A DNA stretch of 64,000 nt from Ruminiclostridium sp. (GTDB taxonomy: Bacteria > Bacillota > Clostridia > Oscillospirales > Ruminococcaceae). The notes below the pieces were generated by a model. That model saw only the letters and a list, made by a program, of their open reading frames with translations, ran no database searches and was not told the DNA's origin. This document shows positions 27,570 to 36,737 of the stretch, one piece after another (position 1 is the stretch's first letter; each line of letters opens with the position of its first letter). The stretch lies in assembly GCA_017625405.1 (NCBI GenBank), contig JAGALB010000043.1:153900-217899 (forward strand). The letters are read 5' to 3'. A program made the translations under genes and the position numbers.

Positions 27570-28391
27570 ATGAAAGGATTTTATAATATGGAACAATACG
27601 TATTACCGATTTTATTCTTTGTTCTTATAGGTGCAGCAGCCGGCGTTCTTCTTGCAGTAGCTTCAAAGCTGTTATTTGTAAAGACTGATGAAACCGTTGA
27701 AAATATTACAGCCGCATTACCTGGCGCTAATTGCGGCGGTTGTGGTTATTCGGGCTGTGAGGGCTATGCGAAGGCAGTAGCAGAGGGAAGTGCACCCGCA
27801 AATCTCTGTAAGCCGGGTGGACCTGAAGCTGTTGCGGAAATCAGTCGTATACTGGGTATTGAAGTTGTAGACTCAGAGCGTGAATATGCATATGTCCGCT
27901 GCAACGGAAACTGTGATGCTTGCAGTGATAAGTTCACATACATCGGAACAAACAGCTGTGCTGCCATTGAAAAGTTCTACAATGGTAAGGGAAACTGCAG
28001 TTTTGGCTGTCATGGTATGGGCGACTGTATTGCGGTATGTGATAATAACGCAATACGTGTTGAAAAGGGAATAGCAATTATCAATCCCGAGCTGTGCGGC
28101 GGATGTGGTAAATGTGTAAAGGCTTGCCCCAATAAGCTTATTGCATTTGTTAAAGAAAGTCAGCGTTATGCAGTCAGATGCAGCTCCTGCGATGTCGGTA
28201 AGGTTACAAAGGCTGTCTGCAAAAACGGTTGTATCGGATGCGGCATATGTGTCAGAAAGTGTCCTAAGGGTGCTGTTGTGCTGAATAATAATCACGCTGA
28301 AATTATTGCTGACCGTTGTAACGGATGCGGTGCCTGTATGGCGGCTTGTCCTGTAAAATGTATACAGGAATTGCCCGTTTGCGGTAAATAA
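27570..28391 (+). CDS. rnfB: Rnf complex subunit B (polyferredoxin type)
   Basis: N-terminal TM, CGGCGYSGCEGYA cluster, several CxxCxxCxxxCP ferredoxin motifs. Alternative start ATG 27588. Confidence 0.88.
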   Translation: MKGFYNMEQYVLPILFFVLIGAAAGVLLAVASKLLFVKTDETVENITAALPGANCGGCGYSGCEGYAKAVAEGSAPANLCKPGGPEAVAEISRILGIEVVDSEREYAYVRCNGNCDACSDKFTYIGTNSCAAIEKFYNGKGNCSFGCHGMGDCIAVCDNNAIRVEKGIAIINPELCGGCGKCVKACPNKLIAFVKESQRYAVRCSSCDVGKVTKAVCKNGCIGCGICVRKCPKGAVVLNNNHAEIIADRCNGCGACMAACPVKCIQELPVCGK

Positions 28392-28418
28392 AGATATAAA
28401 AGGTAAAGGAGGGTTATT

Positions 28419-29636
28419 TTGCAGTCTGTTATATCACTGATAAAGGATTATTTTTCTAATCTCAAGGATGTAGTTTCTGAAAGTGAAATAAGAAAACTAA
28501 AAATAACCGATGATTATGCATATCGTCAGTTTGACGAATATCTTCTTACAAAAAATATACATAAAAGTCTTGTTTTCTCGGTTATTCAACTGATAATGGG
28601 CGTGTTTTTTCTGATTATGTCACTTTCGTCAGTTGATTCTACCGAACAGAGTGGTTTTTTAAAGGCAACTGGCGCGGTTATTCTGTTATTTGCGGCCGGT
28701 TTGTTCATTTTTTATTACATACGTGAACTTGATTACAGCAAATACAGTTCAAAGCGTTATCGTATAGTTTTCTACGCTTTCTGGAATATCTATATAATAG
28801 GATCCTTCCTTGTTTCCATGGGATATCTTAATGCTGACAAATCCGGCTTCTGCTTTATTTTTACTGCAGCCTTTGTTTTCGCTGTTCCTATTTTGCGTTT
28901 TTATGAAAATCTGATTCTGTCTGCTATATATATGATTCCGCTTGTGTATTACGGAATCAATTTCAAACATAGCACGGGCTATTATATTGCGGTTCTGGCA
29001 GCGCTTGCCGGTCTTTTCTGCCTTAATTCGTTCAAGACCTGCTATTATTCCAATCGTTGGATAAATAAGCGCAGATACAAGGAAATATCTGACCGCTGTA
29101 CAAGCATTTCTCAGACTGATAGCCTTACAGGAATGCTCAACAGAACAGGGTTATCTGCGAAATTCAGGGAAAAATACAAGAATTCTTACGGAAAGCATAA
29201 AATAGCTGTAATAATGGCTGACATCGATAATTTCAGATATTATAACCACAAATTCGGTTATGACAGAAGTGATGCATGCCTGTACAACATCTGCAATTGT
29301 ATAAGAATTATTGCAAAGCCTGTTACAAAGCTTGTTTCACGCTTCGGCGGCGATGATTTCATAATTATCCTTGAGGATATGGACGAGATTGAGGTAGTAA
29401 AATTCGCTGAACAGATACGTGCATCTGTGGAAACTATGGCGATTCCTTTCGGTGACGGCGGGTATATCACAATCAGTGTCGGTGTATCCTGCATATGTGA
29501 AGTGGATAGTGACGAGGCGTACTCAAGACTTATAAATGAAGCTGATACACAGCTAATTATTGCAAAGAGAAACGGTAAGAACTGTGTTGGTTACCGTAAT
29601 CGTGCGTTCAGAACAGAAAAGAAAAAGGAAGATTAA
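28419..29636 (+). CDS. Membrane-bound GGDEF-domain protein with variant GGDDF active-site motif
   Basis: TTG start 6 nt after AAGGAGGG. About six TM helices, then DSLTGMLNR...RFGGDDFIIIL (29346-29360). Confidence 0.8.
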   Translation: MQSVISLIKDYFSNLKDVVSESEIRKLKITDDYAYRQFDEYLLTKNIHKSLVFSVIQLIMGVFFLIMSLSSVDSTEQSGFLKATGAVILLFAAGLFIFYYIRELDYSKYSSKRYRIVFYAFWNIYIIGSFLVSMGYLNADKSGFCFIFTAAFVFAVPILRFYENLILSAIYMIPLVYYGINFKHSTGYYIAVLAALAGLFCLNSFKTCYYSNRWINKRRYKEISDRCTSISQTDSLTGMLNRTGLSAKFREKYKNSYGKHKIAVIMADIDNFRYYNHKFGYDRSDACLYNICNCIRIIAKPVTKLVSRFGGDDFIIILEDMDEIEVVKFAEQIRASVETMAIPFGDGGYITISVGVSCICEVDSDEAYSRLINEADTQLIIAKRNGKNCVGYRNRAFRTEKKKED

Positions 29637-30661
29637 TGAAACACAGAAATTTATTTGCGGCACTTAAATCCCTTGCTATATTTTTTTTAATTTATATAAT
29701 GCTCTCGTTTACGGTCGTAATGCTGATTTACGAGGGCTTGTTTGTGCGTTCGGAAGAATATGAATACAGCGTATTTATTTCTGATAAGCATCTTGCTCAG
29801 AACTATAAAACCGAAGAGGTTACCTTTGAATCCCGCGGCTTTATACTTAATGGCATTCTTTTTGGTGATAAAGAGGACAAGCTGGTAATACTCGGTCACG
29901 GTAAAGGCGGTTCATTCAAAGATATGCTGCCTGAAGCTGAATATTTTCTTGAAAATAATTTTTCCGTACTGGCTTTTGATTTTACAGGGCATAACAAGAG
30001 CGGCGGTAATTCCCAGTACGGTCTTCAGCAGTCCGTTTATGATATGGAAAACGCTGTAAATTATGCAAAAAATCTTGGCTACAAGGATATTTATCTTTAC
30101 GGAATTGGTATCGGCGGATATGCCGCTGCAGCATGTGCCGATTGCGACGGAGTCAGAGGAGTTGCTGCAATCTCGGCTTTCAGTTCTGTTTCTGATATGA
30201 CACTTGAATATGCAACTGAAAATATGAGCGTACTCGGCTATCTTGAATACCCGATTATGATGCTTTACCAGTTTATGACATATGGCTCTGATGTAAATGA
30301 GAGCGCTGTAAAGGGAATCAATTCTTCAGATGTTCCTGTTGTTGTGATACACGGAACAGCTGATGAAGAAGTAAATTTTGACGGTGCGGCGCTTATAAAC
30401 GCTGCAGACAGAATAACAAACCCGGATGTCTCCTATGTAACGGTTGAGGGCGGCCTGCATCTTTCGCTTATGCGCAGTGATGCAGCGATTGATGCTATAA
30501 ACAGCTTCAACGAAAAGGCATATGAAATCTACAATCAGTACAGCGGAGAAGTACCGGTAGCTGAAATTGAGGCTGTCTATGCTTCGGTTGATACTGAGGT
30601 TACAAGTGAACTTGATGATGATATCATGAATAAAGTTATGGAAGTATTTAACGCGGGGTAG
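29636..30661 (+). CDS. Membrane-anchored alpha/beta-hydrolase-fold protein with Gly at the expected nucleophile position
   Basis: 341 aa. HGKGGS oxyanion region, nucleophile elbow reads GIGIGG (30101-30118) rather than G-x-S-x-G, then HGTADEEV and GGLHLS. Confidence 0.7.
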   Translation: MKHRNLFAALKSLAIFFLIYIMLSFTVVMLIYEGLFVRSEEYEYSVFISDKHLAQNYKTEEVTFESRGFILNGILFGDKEDKLVILGHGKGGSFKDMLPEAEYFLENNFSVLAFDFTGHNKSGGNSQYGLQQSVYDMENAVNYAKNLGYKDIYLYGIGIGGYAAAACADCDGVRGVAAISAFSSVSDMTLEYATENMSVLGYLEYPIMMLYQFMTYGSDVNESAVKGINSSDVPVVVIHGTADEEVNFDGAALINAADRITNPDVSYVTVEGGLHLSLMRSDAAIDAINSFNEKAYEIYNQYSGEVPVAEIEAVYASVDTEVTSELDDDIMNKVMEVFNAG

Positions 30662-30787
30662 GGTTGCGTAAACTCTATTACAAAAAATCAGGTAAATTTT
30701 ATACTTTTTTTGTCAGAATAACTGTTGCTTTTTTCTGTCATATAAGGTATAATTTAAGTAAATATTTTTATAGAAAGCGAGATTATT

Positions 30788-32044
30788 ATGTACAACGATT
30801 TAATTGACTCAATCGGCTTCCTTGGTCAGTACGACAGTGAAGTTGCTGACGCAATGACCGAAGAACTCAAAAGACAGAAGCGTAATCTTGAGCTTATTGC
30901 AAGCGAAAATATCGTTTCTCCCGCAGTTATGGCTGCAATGGGCAGCGTACTCACAAACAAGTATGCGGAAGGCTATCCCGCTAAGCGTTACTATGGCGGC
31001 TGCGAATGCGTTGACGTAGTAGAAAACATTGCAATTGAACGTGCAAAGAAGCTTTTCGGCTGCAATTATGCAAATGTTCAGCCTCACTCCGGTGCACAGG
31101 CTAATATTGCTGTTTATTTCGCACTTCTCGAACCCGGAGATACTGTACTCGGCATGAGCCTTGCACACGGCGGTCACCTTACACACGGTTCTCCCGTTAA
31201 TATGTCCGGTAAGTACTTCAATTTCGTACCTTACGGCATTGACGATGAAACAGGCATGATTAATTATGATACAGTACGCAAGCTTGCTGAAGAAAACAAG
31301 CCCAAGATGATTGTTGCAGGTGCAAGTGCGTACCCCAGAAAGATTGATTTTGAAAAGTTAAGCGAAATCGCAAAGAGCGTTGGCGCTTACTTAATGGTTG
31401 ATATGGCTCACATTGCAGGTCTTGTTGCTGCAGGTGAACATCTTTCTCCTATTCCTTACGCTGACGTTGTTACAACAACAACTCACAAGACACTCAGAGG
31501 TCCCAGAGGCGGTATGATTTTAACCAACAGTGAAGAAATTGCACTCAAGGTTAACAAGGCTATTTTCCCCGGTACACAGGGCGGTCCTCTCATGCACGTT
31601 ATTGCTGGTAAGGCTGTATGTTTTGCTGAAGCTCTCAAGCCTGAATTCAAGGCTTACGGTAAGCAGATTGTAAAGAATGCTGCAGTTCTTGCTGATTCTC
31701 TTCTTGAAAAGGGCTTCAATCTTGTTACAGGCGGTACAGATAACCACCTTATGCTGGTTGACCTCCGTCCTTTCGATATCACAGGTAAGGATCTTGAAAA
31801 GAAGCTTGATGAAGTATTCATCACAGTCAATAAGAATGCAATCCCCAACGATCCCCAGAGTCCTTTTGTTACAAGCGGTGTAAGAATCGGTACACCTGCA
31901 GTTACTACAAGAGGCCTTGTTGAAGAAGACATGAAGGTTATTGCTGAAGCTATTTACCTCACAGCCAAGGATTTTGACGGCTCTAAGGATAAGGTAAGAG
32001 AAATGGTAACAGGTATCTGCAAGAAGTATCCTCTCTATGAATAA
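30788..32044 (+). CDS. glyA: Serine hydroxymethyltransferase
   Basis: 418 aa. [33 protein letters not shown] (PLP Lys). Confidence 0.97.
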   Translation: MYNDLIDSIGFLGQYDSEVADAMTEELKRQKRNLELIASENIVSPAVMAAMGSVLTNKYAEGYPAKRYYGGCECVDVVENIAIERAKKLFGCNYANVQPHSGAQANIAVYFALLEPGDTVLGMSLAHGGHLTHGSPVNMSGKYFNFVPYGIDDETGMINYDTVRKLAEENKPKMIVAGASAYPRKIDFEKLSEIAKSVGAYLMVDMAHIAGLVAAGEHLSPIPYADVVTTTTHKTLRGPRGGMILTNSEEIALKVNKAIFPGTQGGPLMHVIAGKAVCFAEALKPEFKAYGKQIVKNAAVLADSLLEKGFNLVTGGTDNHLMLVDLRPFDITGKDLEKKLDEVFITVNKNAIPNDPQSPFVTSGVRIGTPAVTTRGLVEEDMKVIAEAIYLTAKDFDGSKDKVREMVTGICKKYPLYE

Positions 32045-32086
32045 TCCCTTAAAATTATAAAAAGTTAAAAGCTAAGGAGATAAATA

Positions 32087-33247
32087 ATGACTAAGGCAAA
32101 TCAGATCGTACTCAATTCACAGGATTCTGTTGCTCCTATCGGCTTAATTGCTATGGACAGTGCAGCAGAGCTTGGCGCAAAGATTGACAGCTATCTTGTT
32201 AAATGGGCTCAGGAGGGTGGAATCAATATTGATTCCTACCGCATTGAAACACATTGCCCCAGATTTTCTTCCGGTGACGGTAAGGGTCTTATCAAGAGCT
32301 CTATCCGTGGTGATGATATTTATATCCTCGTTGACGTAGGAAACTATAACTGTAAGTATCAGATGTTCGGTAAGGAGAACTCCATGTCTCCTGACGATCA
32401 TTTCCAGGATTTAAAGAGAATCATTCAGGCTATGAGTGGTAAGGCTCACAGAATCAATGTTATTATGCCTATTCTTTACGGTGGCAGACAGCACAGAAGA
32501 AACTACCGTGAATCTCTTGACTGCGCTGTAGCACTTCAGGAGCTTGCAGCAATGAACGTTGAAAACATTATCTGCTTCGACGCTCACGATGCACGTGTAT
32601 GTAACGCTATTCCGCTTACAGGTTTTGATAATATCATGCCTACATATCAGGTTCTCAAGACAATGTTCAGAACAGTAAAGGATCTTGAAATTGATAAGAA
32701 TCACTTTATGGTTATCAGCCCTGATGAAGGTGCTATCAACCGTAATATGTATTACGCTTCTGTTCTCGGCGTTGACCTTGGTATGTTCTACAAGCGTCGT
32801 GACTACTCCAGAGTTGTAAACGGCAGAAACCCCATTGTAGCACATGAATATCTCGGTAACTCCGTTGAAGGTAAGGATGTGTTCATTTCTGATGATATTA
32901 TTTCTTCCGGTGAATCCATGCTTGACCTTGCTTATGAACTGAAGAAGAGAAAGGCAAGACGTATTATCGCATATGCTACATACCCCATCTTTACAAATGG
33001 TCTTGAAAAGTTCGACAAGGCTTATGAAGAAGGTATGATTGATTATGTGTTCGGTACAAATCTTACATACCGTACTCCCGAACTTCTTTCACGCCCCTGG
33101 TTCAGTGATGTTGATGTATCCAAGTACATTGCTTACTTCATTGCAGCTCTTAACCACGATGTTTCTATCAGTGCAGTGATTGATCCTCATGAAAAAATCA
33201 AAGCACTCCTTGCAAAGTATAATTTCAAGGGCGGAGACAATATCTGA
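32087..33247 (+). CDS. prs: Ribose-phosphate pyrophosphokinase family protein (long, 386-aa form)
   Basis: PRPP synthetase-like blocks (VISPDEGAINR, FISDDIISSGESM). Longer than the classical enzyme of about 315 aa. Confidence 0.75.
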   Translation: MTKANQIVLNSQDSVAPIGLIAMDSAAELGAKIDSYLVKWAQEGGINIDSYRIETHCPRFSSGDGKGLIKSSIRGDDIYILVDVGNYNCKYQMFGKENSMSPDDHFQDLKRIIQAMSGKAHRINVIMPILYGGRQHRRNYRESLDCAVALQELAAMNVENIICFDAHDARVCNAIPLTGFDNIMPTYQVLKTMFRTVKDLEIDKNHFMVISPDEGAINRNMYYASVLGVDLGMFYKRRDYSRVVNGRNPIVAHEYLGNSVEGKDVFISDDIISSGESMLDLAYELKKRKARRIIAYATYPIFTNGLEKFDKAYEEGMIDYVFGTNLTYRTPELLSRPWFSDVDVSKYIAYFIAALNHDVSISAVIDPHEKIKALLAKYNFKGGDNI

Positions 33248-33309
33248 AAATAAAACAACGCCGTACAGAATCCTGTGCGGCGTGTTCATTATGAAAGGAA
33301 AGGCACATT

Positions 33310-34563
33310 ATGCCATTAGCTGACAGCATTAGACCGAAGACTCTTGACGAGGTGGTAGGGCAGAAGCATATTCTGGGTGTCGACAAGCCGCTTCGCAGAA
33401 TAATTGAAAGCGGTAAAATTCCCAATATGATTTTTTACGGTTCTTCGGGAATAGGAAAAACAACCGTTGCAAATATTATAGCTAATTCTACCGATATGAA
33501 CCTTTACAAGCTTAATGGCACAAACTGTTCCACAGCTGATATAAAGGATATTATAAATTCAGGCGGAAGTTACAGCTTCGGTAAGGGAACACTCCTGTAT
33601 CTTGATGAAATTCAGTATCTCAATAAGCGTCAGCAGCAGAGTCTGCTTGAATATATCGAGAACGGCGATATTACGCTGATTGCTTCCACTACTGAAAATC
33701 CTTATTTCTATATTTATAATGCTATTCTTTCACGTTCCACAGTCTTTGAATTCAAGCCTGTTGAAAAGGATGATATAATCCCTGCACTTAAAAGAGCGAT
33801 GATGATTGCGCAGAGTGATATGAAGCTGGAATTTTCCGTGGAAGAAGCTGTTTACGAGCATATTGTCCTTGGCTGCGGCGGTGATGTGCGAAAGGCCATA
33901 AACACGGTTGAGCTTTGCATGCTTGCGGCAAACAACGGCAGGATTGACCTTGAGCTTGCAAAACAGCTTACTCAGAAAAGCTCAATGAAATATGACCGTA
34001 ACGGAGATCAGCATTACGATATTCTTTCAGCTTTCCAGAAATCTATCAGAGGCTCGGATGAAAATGCAGCGCTTCATTATCTGGCAAGACTTATTGCCGC
34101 AGATGATCTTCCGTCTATCTGCCGCAGACTTCTTGTAATTGCGGCTGAAGATGTGGGTCTTGCTTTCCCGAATGCTATTGTTGTCACTAAAGCATGTGTA
34201 GACAGTGCATTGCAGCTCGGTTTCCCTGAAGCGAGAATCCCTCTTGCTGAAGCGGTTATTCTGCTTGCCACCGCACCAAAATCCAATAGTGCTGAAGCAG
34301 CAATTGATATGGCGCTTGCCGATGTTGAACGTGGTAATACCGGTGATTTTCCCCGTCATTTACAGAATAAGCATTATGACGGTGAGGGTGCAGCAGTAAA
34401 GGGTCAGCATTATCTCTACCCCCACGATTACCCGAATCATTATATTGAACAGCAGTATCTTCCCGATAATATCAAGGACAGGGTTTATTACAAGTATGGC
34501 GATAATAAGTTTGAACAGGCTTCTTATGGGTACTGGAAAAAAATTAAAGGAACAGTCAAATAA
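33310..34563 (+). CDS. rarA: Replication-associated recombination protein A (MgsA/RarA AAA+ ATPase)
   Basis: 417 aa. RPKTLDEVVGQKH, GSSGIGKTT, LYLDEIQYLNK, DQHYDILSAFQKSIRGSD. Confidence 0.9.
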   Translation: MPLADSIRPKTLDEVVGQKHILGVDKPLRRIIESGKIPNMIFYGSSGIGKTTVANIIANSTDMNLYKLNGTNCSTADIKDIINSGGSYSFGKGTLLYLDEIQYLNKRQQQSLLEYIENGDITLIASTTENPYFYIYNAILSRSTVFEFKPVEKDDIIPALKRAMMIAQSDMKLEFSVEEAVYEHIVLGCGGDVRKAINTVELCMLAANNGRIDLELAKQLTQKSSMKYDRNGDQHYDILSAFQKSIRGSDENAALHYLARLIAADDLPSICRRLLVIAAEDVGLAFPNAIVVTKACVDSALQLGFPEARIPLAEAVILLATAPKSNSAEAAIDMALADVERGNTGDFPRHLQNKHYDGEGAAVKGQHYLYPHDYPNHYIEQQYLPDNIKDRVYYKYGDNKFEQASYGYWKKIKGTVK

Positions 34564-34584
34564 GAATTTGATGGTGATTGTTAA

Positions 34585-35016
34585 ATGATCAGAATCATGA
34601 AACCTGATGACATAGCACAATGTGGTATGATTTATGCAAAAGCATTCCCGATAGAACATTGGGGGATAGACTGGACTGCAGAAAATGCAGCAGAATACCT
34701 TCAGGATTTTTTTGAACAGAAAAGATTTGTCGGATATGTATATGAAGAAAATGATAAATTGTCAGGTTGCATATTTGCCCTTTGTAAGATTTCGGGAAGT
34801 AAAGAGGAAATTTATATCAATGAGATGGCAGTTCTTCCCGAGCGACAAGGTAATGGAATAGGTAAGCAATTATTAAATGCCATTAAGGATTATAGTAAAG
34901 ATAAAGGACTTGCGGGAATAGTTCTTTATACAAGTAAATATGCACCTGCAGCTAAATTTTATGAAAAAAACGGCTTTAAGCTGTCTGATGGAACTATATG
35001 CTTGTATTGCAAGTAA
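34585..35016 (+). CDS. GNAT-family N-acetyltransferase
   Basis: 143 aa. Acetyl-CoA motif AVLPERQGNGIGKQLL. Confidence 0.8.
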   Translation: MIRIMKPDDIAQCGMIYAKAFPIEHWGIDWTAENAAEYLQDFFEQKRFVGYVYEENDKLSGCIFALCKISGSKEEIYINEMAVLPERQGNGIGKQLLNAIKDYSKDKGLAGIVLYTSKYAPAAKFYEKNGFKLSDGTICLYCK

Positions 35017-35033
35017 TAAAAAATGATATAACA

Positions 35034-35075
35034 AAATCCAGGGAAGAAGTACGTTATTCTCTGGATTTGCTTTTA
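35034..35075. terminator. Hairpin terminator between convergent GNAT and S1-domain genes
   Basis: AAATCCAG...CTGGATTT outer stem followed by GCTTTTATT. Confidence 0.55.
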
Positions 35076-36005
35076 TTATACAAAATCAGTTCTTACATTT
35101 TTTGAACTGCTGTCCGTAGAATAAACCCAGCTGTCAATATGTGATTTTTCACCGAAATAACGGCATGGAGCGGGCTTGAAGTCTTTCTGAGAGCTGAAAT
35201 TGTCAACTATGATCAGCTTTACTTTCATCTTTTCAGGTATAATTGCCTTGATATAAACGCTTACCATATTACCTGCTTCAACGCCTTCCTTTACTTCTGC
35301 AAGCCCCGCAAGATTAGGTGTAAGCTCCACAAAAATGCCGTAGTTTTCTACTGAACGGACAATGCCTGTTACCGTTGCACCGATGGAATATAAATCTGCA
35401 TTTTCCTGCCATGTACCCAGCAGCTCTTTATGTGTGAGGGTAATTTTATTGTCGCAAGTAGACTTTACCACCGCCCGTATATTCTGTCCTACTTCAAATC
35501 GGTCAGCGGGATGAGATATTCTGGAAATTGAAATCAGATCAATAGGGATAAGCGAAGGAATACCGCAGCCGATATCAACAAATGCTCCGAAAGCTTCAAG
35601 ATGTGTAATTTTTGCATTGATTATATCACCTGGTTTAAGCCTTGATATGTAGTTTTCCATGCATTTTTCCTGTGCTTTTTTTCGTGACAGAATTATTCTA
35701 GGATTGTCGTTGTTATCAGTTTTAATCGCTGTTACGATAAAGGCCACAGGTTTATTTACACGTGAAATAAGCGCAATATCCCTTGTTGTTCCGTCATCAA
35801 TTCCGATTGCACCTTCGTTCCTGGGAATGAATCCCTGTGCAAAGCCTAAATCGACAATAAGGTTGTGGTTGCTGTCACATAAAATGCATACAGCTTCGGC
35901 AATTATTTCTTTTTTCATTATATCTTCCAGTGCAGCCACATTTGCTGTATGTAAAGCGTTTGAAGGAAGCTTCAGTAATTCTCCCTCAGGCAGAAAATCA
36001 GTCAT
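35076..36005 (-). CDS. S1 RNA-binding-domain protein (multiple S1 repeats)
   Basis: S1 blocks GDIINAKITHLEAFGAFVDIG and GATVTGIVRSVENYGIFVEL. Start moved to ATG 36005 (MTDFLPEG, SD AAAGGAA) because the listed 36164 start overlaps engB. Confidence 0.8.
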   Translation of the reverse strand: MTDFLPEGELLKLPSNALHTANVAALEDIMKKEIIAEAVCILCDSNHNLIVDLGFAQGFIPRNEGAIGIDDGTTRDIALISRVNKPVAFIVTAIKTDNNDNPRIILSRKKAQEKCMENYISRLKPGDIINAKITHLEAFGAFVDIGCGIPSLIPIDLISISRISHPADRFEVGQNIRAVVKSTCDNKITLTHKELLGTWQENADLYSIGATVTGIVRSVENYGIFVELTPNLAGLAEVKEGVEAGNMVSVYIKAIIPEKMKVKLIIVDNFSSQKDFKPAPCRYFGEKSHIDSWVYSTDSSSKNVRTDFV

Positions 36006-36129
36006 GTTATACCGTTCCTTTCTTTTGATAAAAACTCTGAGAAGTCTTTTTTCAATTTTATGAAAAGTACAGCATTTATATGACTTGTCATAAAAGAAAA
36101 TCTGCCGGATAAATACCGGCAGACTGATT

Positions 36130-36726
36130 TTATTCAGTTTCTTCTTCGCTGGCGATTGATTCAATAATCTCTCTTATTTCCTCGACGCCTTCGCCTGTTT
36201 CGGCAGAGAATTCAATCATTGTGATTTCATCCGCATAAGGAATCTCGCTCAGCAGAGCTTTTCTGCGTTCCTCACGTTCCTTCTTTTTCATTTTATCAGC
36301 TTTTGTAAGAACAATAACAAACGGAATTTCGCTTTCAATAAGAAAGTTTATCATCATTATATCGTCTGCTGTCGGCTTATGTCGGAAATCAACAAGCTGA
36401 AAAACAAGAGCAAGGTTTCTGTCGTCGTGAAGATATCCTTCGATAAGTCCCGCCCAGCGCTGCTTCTCGGTTTTTGAAACCTTGGCATAGCCGTATCCGG
36501 GAAGGTCAACCACATAAATGTTTTCAAGAGAAAAGAAATTTATGGTGATAGTCTTACCGGGCATTGAGCTTACTCGGGCAAGTGATTTCCTGTTCATAAT
36601 CCTGTTTATAAGCGAGGATTTTCCTACATTTGAACGTCCCGAAAAAGCAAATTCAAGCTTTTCGGATTTTGGTATCTGATTGAATTTAGCGTATGAAGCC
36701 TTGAATTCAACTTTATTGTAATTCAT
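36130..36726 (-). CDS. engB: Ribosome-biogenesis GTPase EngB/YsxC
   Basis: 198 aa. GRSNVGKSS, DLPGYGYAKVS, TKADK. Confidence 0.92.
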   Translation of the reverse strand: MNYNKVEFKASYAKFNQIPKSEKLEFAFSGRSNVGKSSLINRIMNRKSLARVSSMPGKTITINFFSLENIYVVDLPGYGYAKVSKTEKQRWAGLIEGYLHDDRNLALVFQLVDFRHKPTADDIMMINFLIESEIPFVIVLTKADKMKKKEREERRKALLSEIPYADEITMIEFSAETGEGVEEIREIIESIASEEETE

Positions 36727-36737
36727 CTGGTGTCCTT

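Noticed and set aside
30662-30787. ZTP (pfl) or THF riboswitch upstream of glyA
   Set aside because: No GGGTCGTGAC...CCGCCTGGGC-type elements. The region is short and AT-rich.
36006-36164. 53-aa N-terminal extension of the S1-domain ORF overlapping engB
   Set aside because: It overlaps the 3' end of engB and lacks an SD. ATG 36005 is preceded by AAAGGAA.
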